From Bacillota bacterium (GTDB lineage: Bacteria; Bacillota_I; Bacilli_A; ML615J-28; CAG-313): DNA of 64,000 nt. Under the pieces are notes generated by a model. The model worked only from the letters and a program-made list of their open reading frames with translations. It searched no databases and was not told the DNA's origin. The translations under genes were made by a program, and so were the position numbers. This document shows, one piece after another, positions 19,058 through 30,375 of the stretch (the first letter of the stretch is position 1; each line of letters begins with the position of its first letter). The DNA is taken from positions 14,408-78,407 of the forward strand of contig CAVJDT010000002.1 in the NCBI GenBank assembly GCA_963648435.1, in the 5' to 3' direction.

Positions 19058-21103
19058 TTATGCTTGTTTTGGTTTATATTCTTCAATAATTTTCTTAACT
19101 AGATTTTCTGGAACATCAGCATATCTAATGAACTTACGTGTAAAATGACCACTACCTTGAGTCATAGCCTTAAGGTCGATAGCATAACTTGTAATTTCAG
19201 CTTCAGGAATTTCAGCTGTTATTGCGGTCTTACCACGACCAACTGGATTCATACCCATAACGTTACCACGACGTTGTGGAATATCACCCATAATATCACC
19301 AACATATTCATCTTTAACCGTTACCACAACTTCCATAATTGGCTCAAGAATTGTCGGTTTAATAACCTTACATGCTTCTTTAAAAGCTAAACTTGCGGCA
19401 ATCTTAAAGGAAATTTCATTAGAGTCAACTGGATGATAAGAACCAAAATATAAAACAGCACGAACACCGATAACAGGGAATCCCGCAAGTGGTCCATGTT
19501 CTAGTGTTTCAATTAAGCCTTTTTCAACAGCTGGGAAGTAGTTTTTAGGAACTGCACCACCAACAACTTCAGATGCAAATTCAAAATCTTTACCTTCAAG
19601 TGGTTCAAAACGAATCCAAACATCACCATATTGTCCAGCTCCACCAGATTGTTTCTTATGTTTACCTTGAGCTTCACCAACTTTACGAATTGTTTCACGA
19701 TAAACAATCTTAGGTTCAGCTGTAGTAACTTCTACTTTAAACATATTTTTCATTTTTTCAAGAATATAACCAATATGAGTCATACCTTGACCACCAATTA
19801 ATAATTGAGCAGTTTCAGGGTTACGTCTAATTTCAAATGAAGGGTCTTCCGCATTAAGTTTTTGTAATGATGATGACATCTTATCTTCATCTTGTTTAGT
19901 TTTAGCTTGAATTGCAACATAAATAACTGGGGTAGGAACTGGTGCAGGTTCATAACAAATTACATCCTTTTTATCACAAATGGTAGCACCTGTAAATAAA
20001 TCAGTCATCTTAGTAACAACAGCGATGTCCCCCGCATGGAAAGTAGGAACTAAAATTTGGTTCTTACCCATTAAAGTCATAAATTGACCAGTTTTAACAA
20101 CTGTATCTTTATTCGCAACAACTAATTCAACAAGTCCATTAGTAGTACCTGAATTAATTTTAATATAATTTAAAGTACCTAAAAATTGGTCAACAACCGT
20201 TTTGAAAACATATGCTGAGAAAGGTTCACTATCTGTACCTTCACGCTTTTTGCCATCTTGACCAACTTTAGCTCCTTTATCAACAGGACTAGGTAAATAT
20301 GAACAAATCATATCTAATAATGATGAAACACCAACTTCATCAGTTGCACTACCAACTAAAATAGGGAACATATCACAATTAGCAACGGCTGTTTTTAAGC
20401 CTTTTGTTGCTTCTTCTTCTGTAAATGGTTCTTCCATAAAGAATTTTTCCATTAATTCTTCATCTGTTTCAGCGATTTTTTCATTAATTACATAATGTAA
20501 TTCATCACATTTATCAGCGTATTCAGCTGGAACAGCACTTTCAGTTCCACCTTTATAAGCTTTTTTAGTTAAAGCATTAAAGAAGCCTTGGAAGTTATTT
20601 TCTGTACCCATTGGATATTCTACTATAACTGCGTTATTACCGAAGCCTTCAACAACCTTATCCATAATAGATGCAAACTTAACGTTTTCTTTATTCATTT
20701 TGTTTACAAAAATTAAGGTAGGAATATTTCGATCTCTAACTTCATCCCACACTCTTTCTGTGCCTACTTCAATTCCCTTTTGTGCATCAATTATAACAAC
20801 GGCACCATCAACAACTGATAGGTCTTGTTCAATTTCACCAACAAATTCTTCTGATCCTGGTGTATCTAAAAAGTTAATTTTGTAGCCGTTCCATTCAACT
20901 GGAATTAATGAAGTTGAAAGTGAGGTTTGACGATTTTGTTCTTCAGGTAGATAATCTGATACAGTAGTCTTTCTTTCTACTTCACCTTTTTTAGAAATCG
21001 CATTACTTAAAAATAATACAGATTCAGCAAGACTAGTCTTACCACTTCCTAAATGTCCAAGTAAAGCAACATTTCTAATTTGTTTTGCACTATATTCTTT
21101 CAT
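19058..21103 (-). CDS. Elongation factor G-family GTPase paralog (EF-G-like)
   Basis: 681 aa with EF-G domain order G, II, III, IV, V. The P-loop is atypical: GHLGSGKTS rather than AHIDAGKTT. Confidence 0.8.
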   Translation of the reverse strand: MKEYSAKQIRNVALLGHLGSGKTSLAESVLFLSNAISKKGEVERKTTVSDYLPEEQNRQTSLSTSLIPVEWNGYKINFLDTPGSEEFVGEIEQDLSVVDGAVVIIDAQKGIEVGTERVWDEVRDRNIPTLIFVNKMNKENVKFASIMDKVVEGFGNNAVIVEYPMGTENNFQGFFNALTKKAYKGGTESAVPAEYADKCDELHYVINEKIAETDEELMEKFFMEEPFTEEEATKGLKTAVANCDMFPILVGSATDEVGVSSLLDMICSYLPSPVDKGAKVGQDGKKREGTDSEPFSAYVFKTVVDQFLGTLNYIKINSGTTNGLVELVVANKDTVVKTGQFMTLMGKNQILVPTFHAGDIAVVTKMTDLFTGATICDKKDVICYEPAPVPTPVIYVAIQAKTKQDEDKMSSSLQKLNAEDPSFEIRRNPETAQLLIGGQGMTHIGYILEKMKNMFKVEVTTAEPKIVYRETIRKVGEAQGKHKKQSGGAGQYGDVWIRFEPLEGKDFEFASEVVGGAVPKNYFPAVEKGLIETLEHGPLAGFPVIGVRAVLYFGSYHPVDSNEISFKIAASLAFKEACKVIKPTILEPIMEVVVTVKDEYVGDIMGDIPQRRGNVMGMNPVGRGKTAITAEIPEAEITSYAIDLKAMTQGSGHFTRKFIRYADVPENLVKKIIEEYKPKQA

Positions 21104-21250
21104 TTTTTCCTCCTAATGGCCTCTTTCTGATCTTTTTTATCTTACTATATTTGCTCAGACGTACGTGCCTAGTTTTTACCATATGTATTATATCATATTT
21201 TTCCAAATCTTACTTGTAAAATACTATTTTTTTTGAAAACGCTTTTCTTT

Positions 21251-21280
21251 TAAAAAAAAGAGCATTGCTCTTCTTTTCTA
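21251..21280 (-). terminator. Terminator downstream of darA
   Basis: Stem aagag / ctctt with loop cattg, followed on the minus strand by a run of 9 U. Confidence 0.5.
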
Positions 21281-21601
21281 CAATTTATAAAAACTATCAA
21301 TATTTAACACAAATATGGTAGCTCCACCAACTTGCACCTCAAATGGTAAAGTTGAAAACATTCCAAATTCATCTGGTTGAATAGCAGGTACCTTTTGTTT
21401 TCTTGATTTGGCGATTTCACCTACGATTTCAAGAACCCGATCAACCCGGTCATCTTCAGTACCAACCAATAAAGTAGTACTACCATTTCTAAGTAATCCC
21501 CCAGTAGTTGATAACTTCGTAACAAAATACTTTTCATTTAATAACACTTTTGATACTGAATTAGCATCTTCATTTGCAATTATTATTAACATTAGTTTCA
21601 T
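21278..21601 (-). CDS. darA: Cyclic-di-AMP receptor, PII-like (DarA/PstA, DUF970)
   Basis: True start is the ATG at 21601 (MKLMLIIIANEDANSV...) with a GGAGGA SD 7 nt upstream. The ORF-track start is 5 codons earlier and includes that SD. Confidence 0.8.
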   Translation of the reverse strand: MKLMLIIIANEDANSVSKVLLNEKYFVTKLSTTGGLLRNGSTTLLVGTEDDRVDRVLEIVGEIAKSRKQKVPAIQPDEFGMFSTLPFEVQVGGATIFVLNIDSFYKL

Positions 21602-21821
21602 AGCTATATCCTCCATTACTAGTATTGTACCATAAAACGCAAAATTTGTAAAACATTTAACGACTTATAATTCCTTTTAAAAACTACCTTTTAAGCAAAA
21701 GCTCAAATTTAGTACTTCTACTTTTTTTTAAATTTTATTGTCATTTATTTTGATTTTCGACATTTTTATTTATAAACCATGAAAACAATGTGAAAACATT
21801 TACATTAACAATTCAGTTTAT

Positions 21822-21850
21822 TTGTATTTTGCGTCATTTTTTGGTATAAT
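21822..21850 (+). promoter_or_regulatory. Sigma-70-type promoter for the WG-repeat/ABC operon
   Basis: -35 TTGTAT (21822-21827), 17-nt spacer, -10 TATAAT (21845-21850). AGGAGAG SD sits 8 nt before the ATG at 21873. Confidence 0.45.
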
Positions 21851-21872
21851 AAAAGATTAGGAGAGTGAAAAA

Positions 21873-23255
21873 ATGGATAAGAGAGTAAATTTTGTTTTTA
21901 AAATGCATAAGTATATTCTATTACTTATGATTACCATTACTTGTTGGTGTTTAACAGGATGTAAGAAAGATGAATATTTATCTAATACTATGGCACTAGG
22001 ATATAAAAAACATACCTATTATTTGATTTCTTCAAATAATAAAACCTATAGCCTTGCAAAATATGATGATGTAAAACCAATTTTTAGTGACTATCTTATG
22101 GTTCAAAAATCAGGGAAATGGGGTTTTATCGATAAAACTGGTAAAGAAATTACCAAAATTAATTATGACACTGTAAACCCAATGTCTGAAAATAAGGCGG
22201 TTGTAACCAAAAAAGGTAAAACTTTTATTATTGATTCTAACAATCAAATAATTTATACCTTTAAAGATACAACTACTAGTTATTCAAGTTTTAAAGAAAA
22301 TATGCTAGTCATTGAAAAAGATGGATTATTTGGCTATCTTAAATTTGAAAATAATACTTTCACCATTATGGTAGAACCAATATATAATTTTGCAAGTAGT
22401 TTTAGTGAAGGATATGCGGCTGTGGGAATGTATGATGAAAATAATAATTTAAGATATTCTTATATTAATAGCGAAGGTAAATTAATGACATCTTCTTATT
22501 GTTTTGTTGAGGCTTATGATTTTCATGATTCCTATGCCAAAGTTGGATTAATTGATAATACTTCATCACGTAACAATATCAGTTATCAATATTTAAAATT
22601 CAATAATGATGATATAATCTATCTTGCAAATACAAATGGTAACATTTTACAAGCTAATTACGCTACCGATTTTATGAACGGACTTGCCTTTACTGCCGAT
22701 TATATTACTTATGAAGCTGATACATCACAAAAATATAAATGGTTTACTTTTACAAATACCTTAGGTCAACAAAACTATACTGAATTAATTGAAGAATATG
22801 CTAAAAAAATGCCTCGTACCTTCCTACCTCAGAGTCCAATTTATATTAACAATTGTTTAATAATTCAAAATGGTAATCGTAACCGCGGTACCTGGGAAAT
22901 ATTATATGATTCTGAGCGTTATTATGCGGAAAAGGAAAGTACATATCATGAATTTAGACAAGTAGAATGGAATATTGATGAAAACAATGAAATAATTAAA
23001 GAAACATTAAACAATTCAACTTTTTCACAAAACCTAGTTTTACAATATTTAGTTACCCCCATTGAACTTGGATTATTCAAATTAGATAGTAACCTTAACG
23101 CTTATATTGCTAAATCAAAAATATCTGAAAATAAATGTGGTATTATCACAATTGCTTATAGTCCTTTTGAACAAACTGATGAATACTGTTTAGATGATTT
23201 TCGGATCACTGTTACTTATGTGATACCGGCTATTTATGATGAAATTATCTACTAG
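21873..23255 (+). CDS. WG-repeat (KWG) lipoprotein
   Basis: 460 aa. Signal peptide and lipobox LTGCKKDEY, with repeated WGFIDKTGKEI and GLFGYL motifs. Confidence 0.72.
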   Translation: MDKRVNFVFKMHKYILLLMITITCWCLTGCKKDEYLSNTMALGYKKHTYYLISSNNKTYSLAKYDDVKPIFSDYLMVQKSGKWGFIDKTGKEITKINYDTVNPMSENKAVVTKKGKTFIIDSNNQIIYTFKDTTTSYSSFKENMLVIEKDGLFGYLKFENNTFTIMVEPIYNFASSFSEGYAAVGMYDENNNLRYSYINSEGKLMTSSYCFVEAYDFHDSYAKVGLIDNTSSRNNISYQYLKFNNDDIIYLANTNGNILQANYATDFMNGLAFTADYITYEADTSQKYKWFTFTNTLGQQNYTELIEEYAKKMPRTFLPQSPIYINNCLIIQNGNRNRGTWEILYDSERYYAEKESTYHEFRQVEWNIDENNEIIKETLNNSTFSQNLVLQYLVTPIELGLFKLDSNLNAYIAKSKISENKCGIITIAYSPFEQTDEYCLDDFRITVTYVIPAIYDEIIY

Positions 23256-23263
23256 GAGAACTT

Positions 23264-25807
23264 ATGATTGAAATTAAACATTTAAATAAATACTATAAAT
23301 CCGGACAGGGTAGTTATCATGCCCTCCGTGATATCAACCTCACCCTACCTGATAAAGGTCTTGTCTTTATTATTGGTAAAAGTGGTAGTGGTAAAAGTAC
23401 CCTCTTAAATGTGATTGGGGGACTAGACAGCTATGATAGTGGTGAATTGATTATTGAAAATATAAATACCAAAGATTTTAAAGCTAAAAACTATAATACT
23501 TATCGTAACACTTATATTGGATTCATTTTTCAAGAATTCAATGTTATTAAAAATTTAACTGTTTATGAAAACATTGCTTTATCACTTGAACTTCATCATA
23601 AGAGTCCTAAAACTCATCATGATGAAATTATGAATATAATTGAACAAGTTGGCTTAAAAGGAAAAGAAAAACGCCAAATGAACCAAATATCCGGAGGGGA
23701 AAGACAACGAGTTGCAATTGCACGTGCTCTTGTCAAAAATCCTAAAGTCATTATCGCAGATGAACCAACGGGAAATCTAGATAGTAAAAACCGCGATATT
23801 GTCATGAATATTCTATCAAAACTTGCCAAAGAACGTTTAGTCCTTATTGTTACTCATGATAAAGAAATCGCCGAAACTTATGGTGATAGACTTATTACCA
23901 TTAAGGATGGAAGCATAATTGATGATAAAACTATTAATGAACAAAATCTCGAATATCGTCACGATAATTATCAAACTGAACAGGTTTCACCAAGTATTCA
24001 AACAAGTTTTAATCTTTCCCTTAAAGCTTTTGTTAAAAATAAACTACGCTTTATTTTAATAATCCTCCTATTTGCATTTAGTTTAATATTTGCGGGGAGC
24101 ACGGTTAACCTTTATCTAACTAATTCTTCTTTAGAATATGCTAAATATCAATTAGAATATCATAATAATGTTGTAACTATTAATCAAAAATATACCAATT
24201 ATGGTTATACAACCTCAACTGGTTTCTACAACTTTGAGGGTGATGAAATCTATCAAAAATATGCTAGTGATGGTAAAATGACAATGTATAAAAGCATGCT
24301 TATTGACATTCCTCTTAATAAAGATAATTACTTCCCAGTTTGGAGTTATGCAACCACAATTGAAAGAATGATTCCCCTAAGCACTGCTGACCTTAATAAT
24401 CTTGATAAACTATTAACTTTTGAACAAGAAACCGCCACATGGAATAAACTTGGTCTTAACGCTACAATGTACAATAATTACGCTGTATACATCACCGATT
24501 ATACCGCACGATGTCTACTTACTTATAATTATTTTAATGATCCAAGCTTACAAGAATACACTGATTTAATTGGTAAACCTCTTGAAAATGATAATTTTAA
24601 TAATTCTTTATATATTAAAAACATTATTAAAACTAATTTTGAAGAAATCTTAAATACAGATATGGAAAACACTAAAAATAAAGTTGCTTTCCTCGATAAT
24701 ATTCCCTATTATAATTCTTTATTTGTTTCTCGTAACAACTATGATAATATTGTAACTTTAAATCTAAAATATGTAAGAGATGATATAATTTATAACGTTT
24801 TTGATACAACTGGAACTTATGAAAATGTTAAATATACTTCATTTAATCCTAATACAATGCAAATTGACACCGTAAAAGATAGTAATAATCAACCTATTAC
24901 TGGGGTTGATGGCTCTTATAAATTTTGGGGAGCCGCTCCAAATGTTCCAAAACCTCAACATGCTATGCAAATGGCAGTGTCTAGAGGCTTTCTTGAAAAA
25001 GTCTTGAAAATAAATTTTGATAATATTTCCATAAAAGAAAATGGTGATGAAGGAAACTACATTTTATATAATGAATATGATGAAATGGTAACTTTTTATG
25101 TTTGTGGCTATTCAAGAATTCCTTCACCAATGAATTTTCTCGTTACAGGCATTGTTGATGATGATGATTGTGTTTTATATATGCCAGAACTTAATACTGA
25201 ACAAATTGAAGATAATTTATACATTAAATACTTGTCAAATAGTTTCTCAAGTAGTGATGCCCTTGGTGGTTATCCTATCTTTATAGTTACCGAAGATGCC
25301 AGTGTAAATGCTGCCATATATCAAGATATGATCAAAAATAATATGATTATTAACAATTCTTCTTTCAAAAAATTATTAATTGTTAATGAATTCATTGATA
25401 ATAATATTATTCTTTTCCTAGGTTTATTCTTTGTATTTTGTTTATTCAGCATTCTTCTTATTTTCAACTTCATTATCATTAATATTAAAAATAGCACCAA
25501 AGATATTGGAATTTATATGTCCCTTGGCATGAATGGTTGGAAAATTTCTTTAATTTATCTATTCCAAGTTCTCATAATTAGTACTATTACTACGATAATT
25601 TCACTTATTAGTACTGCTATATTCTTAAAAATACTTGATAGTTCATTCAGTTCAGAAGCTCTAATTGACTTCACCGTTATTAAATTTACGGGGTATGGTG
25701 TTCTTGCAATAATGATTCTAGCATTCATAACCCCAATTATCGCGGTTATCTTTCCACTTTTACAATTAAGTAGTAAGAAACCAATCGATATAATTAAAGT
25801 ATCATAG
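23264..25807 (+). CDS. Fused ABC transporter ATP-binding and FtsX-type permease protein (MacB-like)
   Basis: 847 aa. N-terminal NBD ([17 protein letters not shown]) and C-terminal FtsX 4-TM domain, with a large extracytoplasmic region. Confidence 0.85.
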   Translation: MIEIKHLNKYYKSGQGSYHALRDINLTLPDKGLVFIIGKSGSGKSTLLNVIGGLDSYDSGELIIENINTKDFKAKNYNTYRNTYIGFIFQEFNVIKNLTVYENIALSLELHHKSPKTHHDEIMNIIEQVGLKGKEKRQMNQISGGERQRVAIARALVKNPKVIIADEPTGNLDSKNRDIVMNILSKLAKERLVLIVTHDKEIAETYGDRLITIKDGSIIDDKTINEQNLEYRHDNYQTEQVSPSIQTSFNLSLKAFVKNKLRFILIILLFAFSLIFAGSTVNLYLTNSSLEYAKYQLEYHNNVVTINQKYTNYGYTTSTGFYNFEGDEIYQKYASDGKMTMYKSMLIDIPLNKDNYFPVWSYATTIERMIPLSTADLNNLDKLLTFEQETATWNKLGLNATMYNNYAVYITDYTARCLLTYNYFNDPSLQEYTDLIGKPLENDNFNNSLYIKNIIKTNFEEILNTDMENTKNKVAFLDNIPYYNSLFVSRNNYDNIVTLNLKYVRDDIIYNVFDTTGTYENVKYTSFNPNTMQIDTVKDSNNQPITGVDGSYKFWGAAPNVPKPQHAMQMAVSRGFLEKVLKINFDNISIKENGDEGNYILYNEYDEMVTFYVCGYSRIPSPMNFLVTGIVDDDDCVLYMPELNTEQIEDNLYIKYLSNSFSSSDALGGYPIFIVTEDASVNAAIYQDMIKNNMIINNSSFKKLLIVNEFIDNNIILFLGLFFVFCLFSILLIFNFIIINIKNSTKDIGIYMSLGMNGWKISLIYLFQVLIISTITTIISLISTAIFLKILDSSFSSEALIDFTVIKFTGYGVLAIMILAFITPIIAVIFPLLQLSSKKPIDIIKVS

Positions 25808-25817
25808 GAGGCATGAA

Positions 25818-26531
25818 ATGATAAAATTAGTAAATGTTAATAAATACTATCAATCTGGTAACGAAAGAATTCATGCTGTCCGTGATTTTTCTGTAACTTT
25901 CCCCGAAAAAGGATTAGTCTTTATCCTTGGCCCCTCAGGTTCTGGTAAAAGTACCCTTCTTAACCTTTTAGGTGGACTTGATAAGCCTGATGAAGGTGAA
26001 ATTTGGGTAGAAAACTATAATTTAGCTCATCTATCCAAAAAAGAAAAAAATGCTTACTTAAATAGTTATTTAGGCTTTGTTTTTCAAGAATATAATATTT
26101 TAAAGGACTTAACTTTAAAAGAAAATATCAGTTTACCCCTTGAAATTCAAAACATAAAAGCCAAAAAAAGAAAAGAACTTTTAAATAAAGTAATTGAAGA
26201 TGTCGAATTAACCGGACTTGAAAACCGAAAAGTTAGTCAATTATCAGGTGGGCAAAAACAAAGAATTGCTATTGCACGAGCCGTTGTTAAAAATCCCAAT
26301 TTAATTATTGCGGATGAACCAACAGGCAACCTTGATAGTGAAACTTCAACTACCATTTTTGAATTATTCAAAAAACTTGCAAAAGAACGTCTAATTATCA
26401 TTGTTACCCATGATGAAGAATCCGCATTATTGTATAATGATATGTTGATTAGAATTTCACCTGATGGCAACACAAGTTGTGAAAGTCAAATCATGAAAAC
26501 TACTACTAAAAATATGGAGGTGACAAAATGA
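25818..26531 (+). CDS. ABC transporter ATP-binding protein
   Basis: Walker A GPSGSGKST, signature LSGGQKQR and Walker B IIADEP. Confidence 0.9.
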   Translation: MIKLVNVNKYYQSGNERIHAVRDFSVTFPEKGLVFILGPSGSGKSTLLNLLGGLDKPDEGEIWVENYNLAHLSKKEKNAYLNSYLGFVFQEYNILKDLTLKENISLPLEIQNIKAKKRKELLNKVIEDVELTGLENRKVSQLSGGQKQRIAIARAVVKNPNLIIADEPTGNLDSETSTTIFELFKKLAKERLIIIVTHDEESALLYNDMLIRISPDGNTSCESQIMKTTTKNMEVTK

Positions 26532-28312
26532 GTAATGACCTTCAAAAACAAAATGAGATAAAATTTAAAGCTGCTCATATTCCCCTTCGTGTTTGTTTAA
26601 AACTTGCTCTTAAAAATATATGGAAAAAGAAATTTAGGTTTTTGGTTATTATAATCATTTGTTGTGTTAGTTTAGCCTTTTTATCATTTACCATTGAACT
26701 ACATGGTGATAAACTTCGTCAAAACACTTATACAATGATTGAAAATGGATATAATTATACTAACATTAAAAAAGCTAACCCTATTAATTCAAAAAATCAT
26801 AAAAGTTTTTACGATAAATATAATTCAGTTGAACTTGATTTAAATTCATATACAAAAATTAAATCAGAATTACCCGAATTAATTATTCATAAATATGAAG
26901 ATATTGATTTCCATTATGCAAAAAATGATGATGATATTAGTACTGAATTTTTTACTGGTCATGTTGAAACTTTAATTGAATATGACAAAACTAATACCTA
27001 CACTTTGCTTGCTGGTAGACTTCCAAATGAAAATGCCAAAGAAATCTTAATCACAGATTATCTTGTTGAAGCGTTCAATTATTTTAACACTTTTATTGAA
27101 AATGGTACAATTTATGACTATTTAAACAAATACATTAATTTAAATGTTGAAAATGATTATCTAATTGTAGGAATTGTAAAAACCAACTTTAGTAACTGGT
27201 ACTCATATACTGGTTTCCAAAATGTTGATATTGATTATACTGATAAAAGAAATTATGCCTTCTATAATGACTTAAAAATGATGAATGCAATCATCATTAC
27301 TGCTCCTTATTTTGAAATTGAAAAAGTTGACATTTCCGGCAATATAACTTTTACTAGTGACTCATCTAATCGCTCAACTTGGCTTATTACTGCTTCTTCT
27401 GATAAACTCCAAGAGAATTATCGCCCAAATCAATTAACCTTTAGAAAAGATAATTTATCAATATATTATCGTAATTCACATCGATGGGATAACACTCCAT
27501 ATGGAAAAATTCCTACAAGTGATGATGAAATTGCAATTCCTATTTCTTGGGCTAATGATATTTATGAATTCAACCCTTCAACTAGTGGATATTTAGAGTG
27601 GCAAAACAAAATTCTAAATACAAGTATCACCATTACGATTACCCCATCACACAATAACAGCAGTTTTAGCAAAACCTTTAAAGTAGTTGGTATTGTAAAT
27701 TCAACTGATAAAATCTTAGTCTCTGATAACATGTATAACATCCTTAAAACATATACCCAAGAAAATGAAAAAATAATGACTGAACTTCCTAAAGATGGAA
27801 GCAAAGCCTATAGTTTATTTAAAAAAGCCTATAAAAAAGGTTACGTAATCAATGTTTGGGAATATCGCACTGATATTGATTCATATACTGTCGACCCATT
27901 CATCAACATTATATCAAAAGCTGGTCTTGTCGTTTTTGTGGCTTTTACAATTGGTATTATGTGGACTGTAATTACAATTGAAATTGTTGATTCTAAAAAG
28001 GAAATTGGTATCCTTCGTTCCATCGGCCTTAGTGGCATTAAAGTTTCCATTATCTTTATTATTCAAGCCTTATTTGTCACTTTAATTGCTTATGTATTTT
28101 CCATTTTCCTTGCAAATTATGTCATTAGTTTCTATAATAGCGGGATTACGGATGAACTCAATTTAATTCCTCTTTATATGTATACTCTTACATATCGTAC
28201 ACCGCTATTCCTAATTGGATTTGTCTTAATAATTACCTTTGTTTCAACTTGTATACCACTATATAAGATCATGTCTCAAAAAATTATTGATGTCATCAAT
28301 GAGCGAGAATAA
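26528..28312 (+). CDS. FtsX-family ABC transporter permease
   Basis: 594 aa. N-terminal TM, large extracytoplasmic domain and C-terminal 3-TM FtsX domain. ATGA overlap with the upstream ATPase gene. Confidence 0.8.
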   Translation: MSNDLQKQNEIKFKAAHIPLRVCLKLALKNIWKKKFRFLVIIIICCVSLAFLSFTIELHGDKLRQNTYTMIENGYNYTNIKKANPINSKNHKSFYDKYNSVELDLNSYTKIKSELPELIIHKYEDIDFHYAKNDDDISTEFFTGHVETLIEYDKTNTYTLLAGRLPNENAKEILITDYLVEAFNYFNTFIENGTIYDYLNKYINLNVENDYLIVGIVKTNFSNWYSYTGFQNVDIDYTDKRNYAFYNDLKMMNAIIITAPYFEIEKVDISGNITFTSDSSNRSTWLITASSDKLQENYRPNQLTFRKDNLSIYYRNSHRWDNTPYGKIPTSDDEIAIPISWANDIYEFNPSTSGYLEWQNKILNTSITITITPSHNNSSFSKTFKVVGIVNSTDKILVSDNMYNILKTYTQENEKIMTELPKDGSKAYSLFKKAYKKGYVINVWEYRTDIDSYTVDPFINIISKAGLVVFVAFTIGIMWTVITIEIVDSKKEIGILRSIGLSGIKVSIIFIIQALFVTLIAYVFSIFLANYVISFYNSGITDELNLIPLYMYTLTYRTPLFLIGFVLIITFVSTCIPLYKIMSQKIIDVINERE

Positions 28313-28318
28313 AAATTT

Positions 28319-28360
28319 GGATAACTACTTCCTAGTAATAAGGATTAGTTATCCTTTTTA
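28319..28360 (+). terminator. Terminator after the ABC operon
   Basis: Stem ggataact / agttatcc (8 bp) followed by TTTTTAT. Confidence 0.5.
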
Positions 28361-28396
28361 TATAGAAAAAAGTGACAGTTTTTATACTATCACTAT
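28361..28396 (-). terminator. Terminator after the pullulanase gene
   Basis: Imperfect stem agtgacag / ctatcact overlapping the stop, with a U-run on the minus strand. Confidence 0.4.
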
Positions 28397-30375
28397 TTTT
28401 TGAAAATCCAAATTCCCGGTACATTTGTATTTAATGATTCAATTTTTTCATCTTTAAGTTCTCCATCATCAAAAATAATATTGGTACCTGGGCAAAAATA
28501 AATACCTACATCTTCATAATTATTTTTAATAATTAATTGATATTTTCCACTATTATATCTTAAATCATAATAATTATCTTTTTTAGTTATACTATCTAAG
28601 GATGATAGTATTTTCATTTTTTTAATTAAAATTAAATTTTTAACATAATCCTTGAGATCATATTTTGTATCTAGATTTTCCCAAGGAAAGTGATTAATAT
28701 CATCAAGCATATTATAGGAATTATCAACTCCTTTTTTAGTGCGCATGAGTTCTTCTCCCGCATGAATAAAGGAAATACCTCTACTTATAATGACTAGTCC
28801 AAGACCAAGTTTACATGCATGTTTAGCTTTTTCATCATCATTTGTTCGGTAAAATACTTTATCATATAATGTACAATTATCATGACATTCTAAATAATTT
28901 ATACTTTGATGATACGATAAAAAAGGCATTGTAAGCTTAGATCCATCAATTAACATATCTTTTAACTGAACTATCTCTAAATTATCACCAAGAATAAAGC
29001 CTTTATTTCCACTAAAACTACCTCCAATGATGTTCCTAAAGTAGTCATTAAAAAAAGCGACTGAAGGTAATTTTTTAGCACTTCCAAGGTTTGCATTTAA
29101 ATGCATTGGTAAAGTTGTATTCATATACCACCCTTCACCATATACCATGGAAAGCTTATTTTCTTTTTGAAGTAGTTCAACAACAAGCAAAATGGTTTCA
29201 CTATCAATTAATCCCATTAAATCAAATCTAAAACCATCAACTTTATAAATTTTTTGATAAAATGAAACAACATCTAGAATATATTTTCTTATCATCTTAG
29301 CTTCAGTTCTTAAATCATTACCACAATATGAACTATTCATCAAAAAGCCTCGTTCATCCGTACGATAAACATACCCAGGCACTAGGAGTCCAAGTGAAAA
29401 TGTTTCATAATTATAAACATGATTGAAAACAACATCCATATTAACGCCTAATCCAAATTCATGAGTTTTATCAATTAATTTTTTTAATTCATTGATCCTT
29501 CCATATGCATCACTTGGTGCACTTGCATACCAACCAGATGGTACCATATATTGAATTGGATTATAACCCCAGTTGTAAGAAAAATTATCATCATTTGATA
29601 GTTTCTTATTTTCATCTACTCCACCAAATGCAAAAGTAGGCATAAATTGAAGATGAGTAATACCCAAATTCTTTAAATATCGTAAATTATCAATATTTCT
29701 TAAATATAGGCTATCTTGTTCACTAATATTTGAAACCATATCTCTTAGGTTCATCTCATATATGATGGGGTCTTGTTCTTTGTCTTGATAAAAATCATTT
29801 TGCATTTGATATGTACGTTTCAAATCAACAACATAATTATATTGATTATTCGCAGTTCCACTTATCGCATAGGGATCTAGCGTTTTAATTTCTTCATCAT
29901 CTACTCTAATTAGATAATAGTATTTAGCACCATCTAAGTTACCTTCAACTGTTGTACTCCAAACTCCTTTATCACAATAGGTAAGTGGATATTTAGTATC
30001 ATTCAAACATAAAGTAATTTCTTTACATACAGGACTCCAAATTTTAAACTCAGTAAAATCTTTATGATAAATAAATCCTAAAATGCCATCATAATAAAAT
30101 TCATCTTCAAATCTTTTCGTTCTAGTTACTTTTCCTATTTTTAAGTGATAACTTAAATTATCTAGTATTACATTATAATCAAGATGAAATGAGATATCTT
30201 CCATATATTCTAAAAATAAGTGTAATTCATTAGCATAAGTTTCTGAAGATTTGATTTCTAACTTTTGACTAGTATTATCACCATTAAGAGTGATTTCTTT
30301 TAAATCAACCGTGTTTGGCACAATTAATTTAATAAGATGATAGTCCTCTAAATACGCTCCAAATACCTTACTCAT
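28393..30375 (-). CDS. pulA: Type I pullulanase (GH13), intracellular
   Basis: GH13 conserved regions are present (VDGFRFDLMG, GEGW). The likely start is the ATG at 30375 (MSKVFGAYL) with a GAGGA SD 8 nt upstream. No signal peptide. Confidence 0.82.
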   Translation of the reverse strand: MSKVFGAYLEDYHLIKLIVPNTVDLKEITLNGDNTSQKLEIKSSETYANELHLFLEYMEDISFHLDYNVILDNLSYHLKIGKVTRTKRFEDEFYYDGILGFIYHKDFTEFKIWSPVCKEITLCLNDTKYPLTYCDKGVWSTTVEGNLDGAKYYYLIRVDDEEIKTLDPYAISGTANNQYNYVVDLKRTYQMQNDFYQDKEQDPIIYEMNLRDMVSNISEQDSLYLRNIDNLRYLKNLGITHLQFMPTFAFGGVDENKKLSNDDNFSYNWGYNPIQYMVPSGWYASAPSDAYGRINELKKLIDKTHEFGLGVNMDVVFNHVYNYETFSLGLLVPGYVYRTDERGFLMNSSYCGNDLRTEAKMIRKYILDVVSFYQKIYKVDGFRFDLMGLIDSETILLVVELLQKENKLSMVYGEGWYMNTTLPMHLNANLGSAKKLPSVAFFNDYFRNIIGGSFSGNKGFILGDNLEIVQLKDMLIDGSKLTMPFLSYHQSINYLECHDNCTLYDKVFYRTNDDEKAKHACKLGLGLVIISRGISFIHAGEELMRTKKGVDNSYNMLDDINHFPWENLDTKYDLKDYVKNLILIKKMKILSSLDSITKKDNYYDLRYNSGKYQLIIKNNYEDVGIYFCPGTNIIFDDGELKDEKIESLNTNVPGIWIFKK

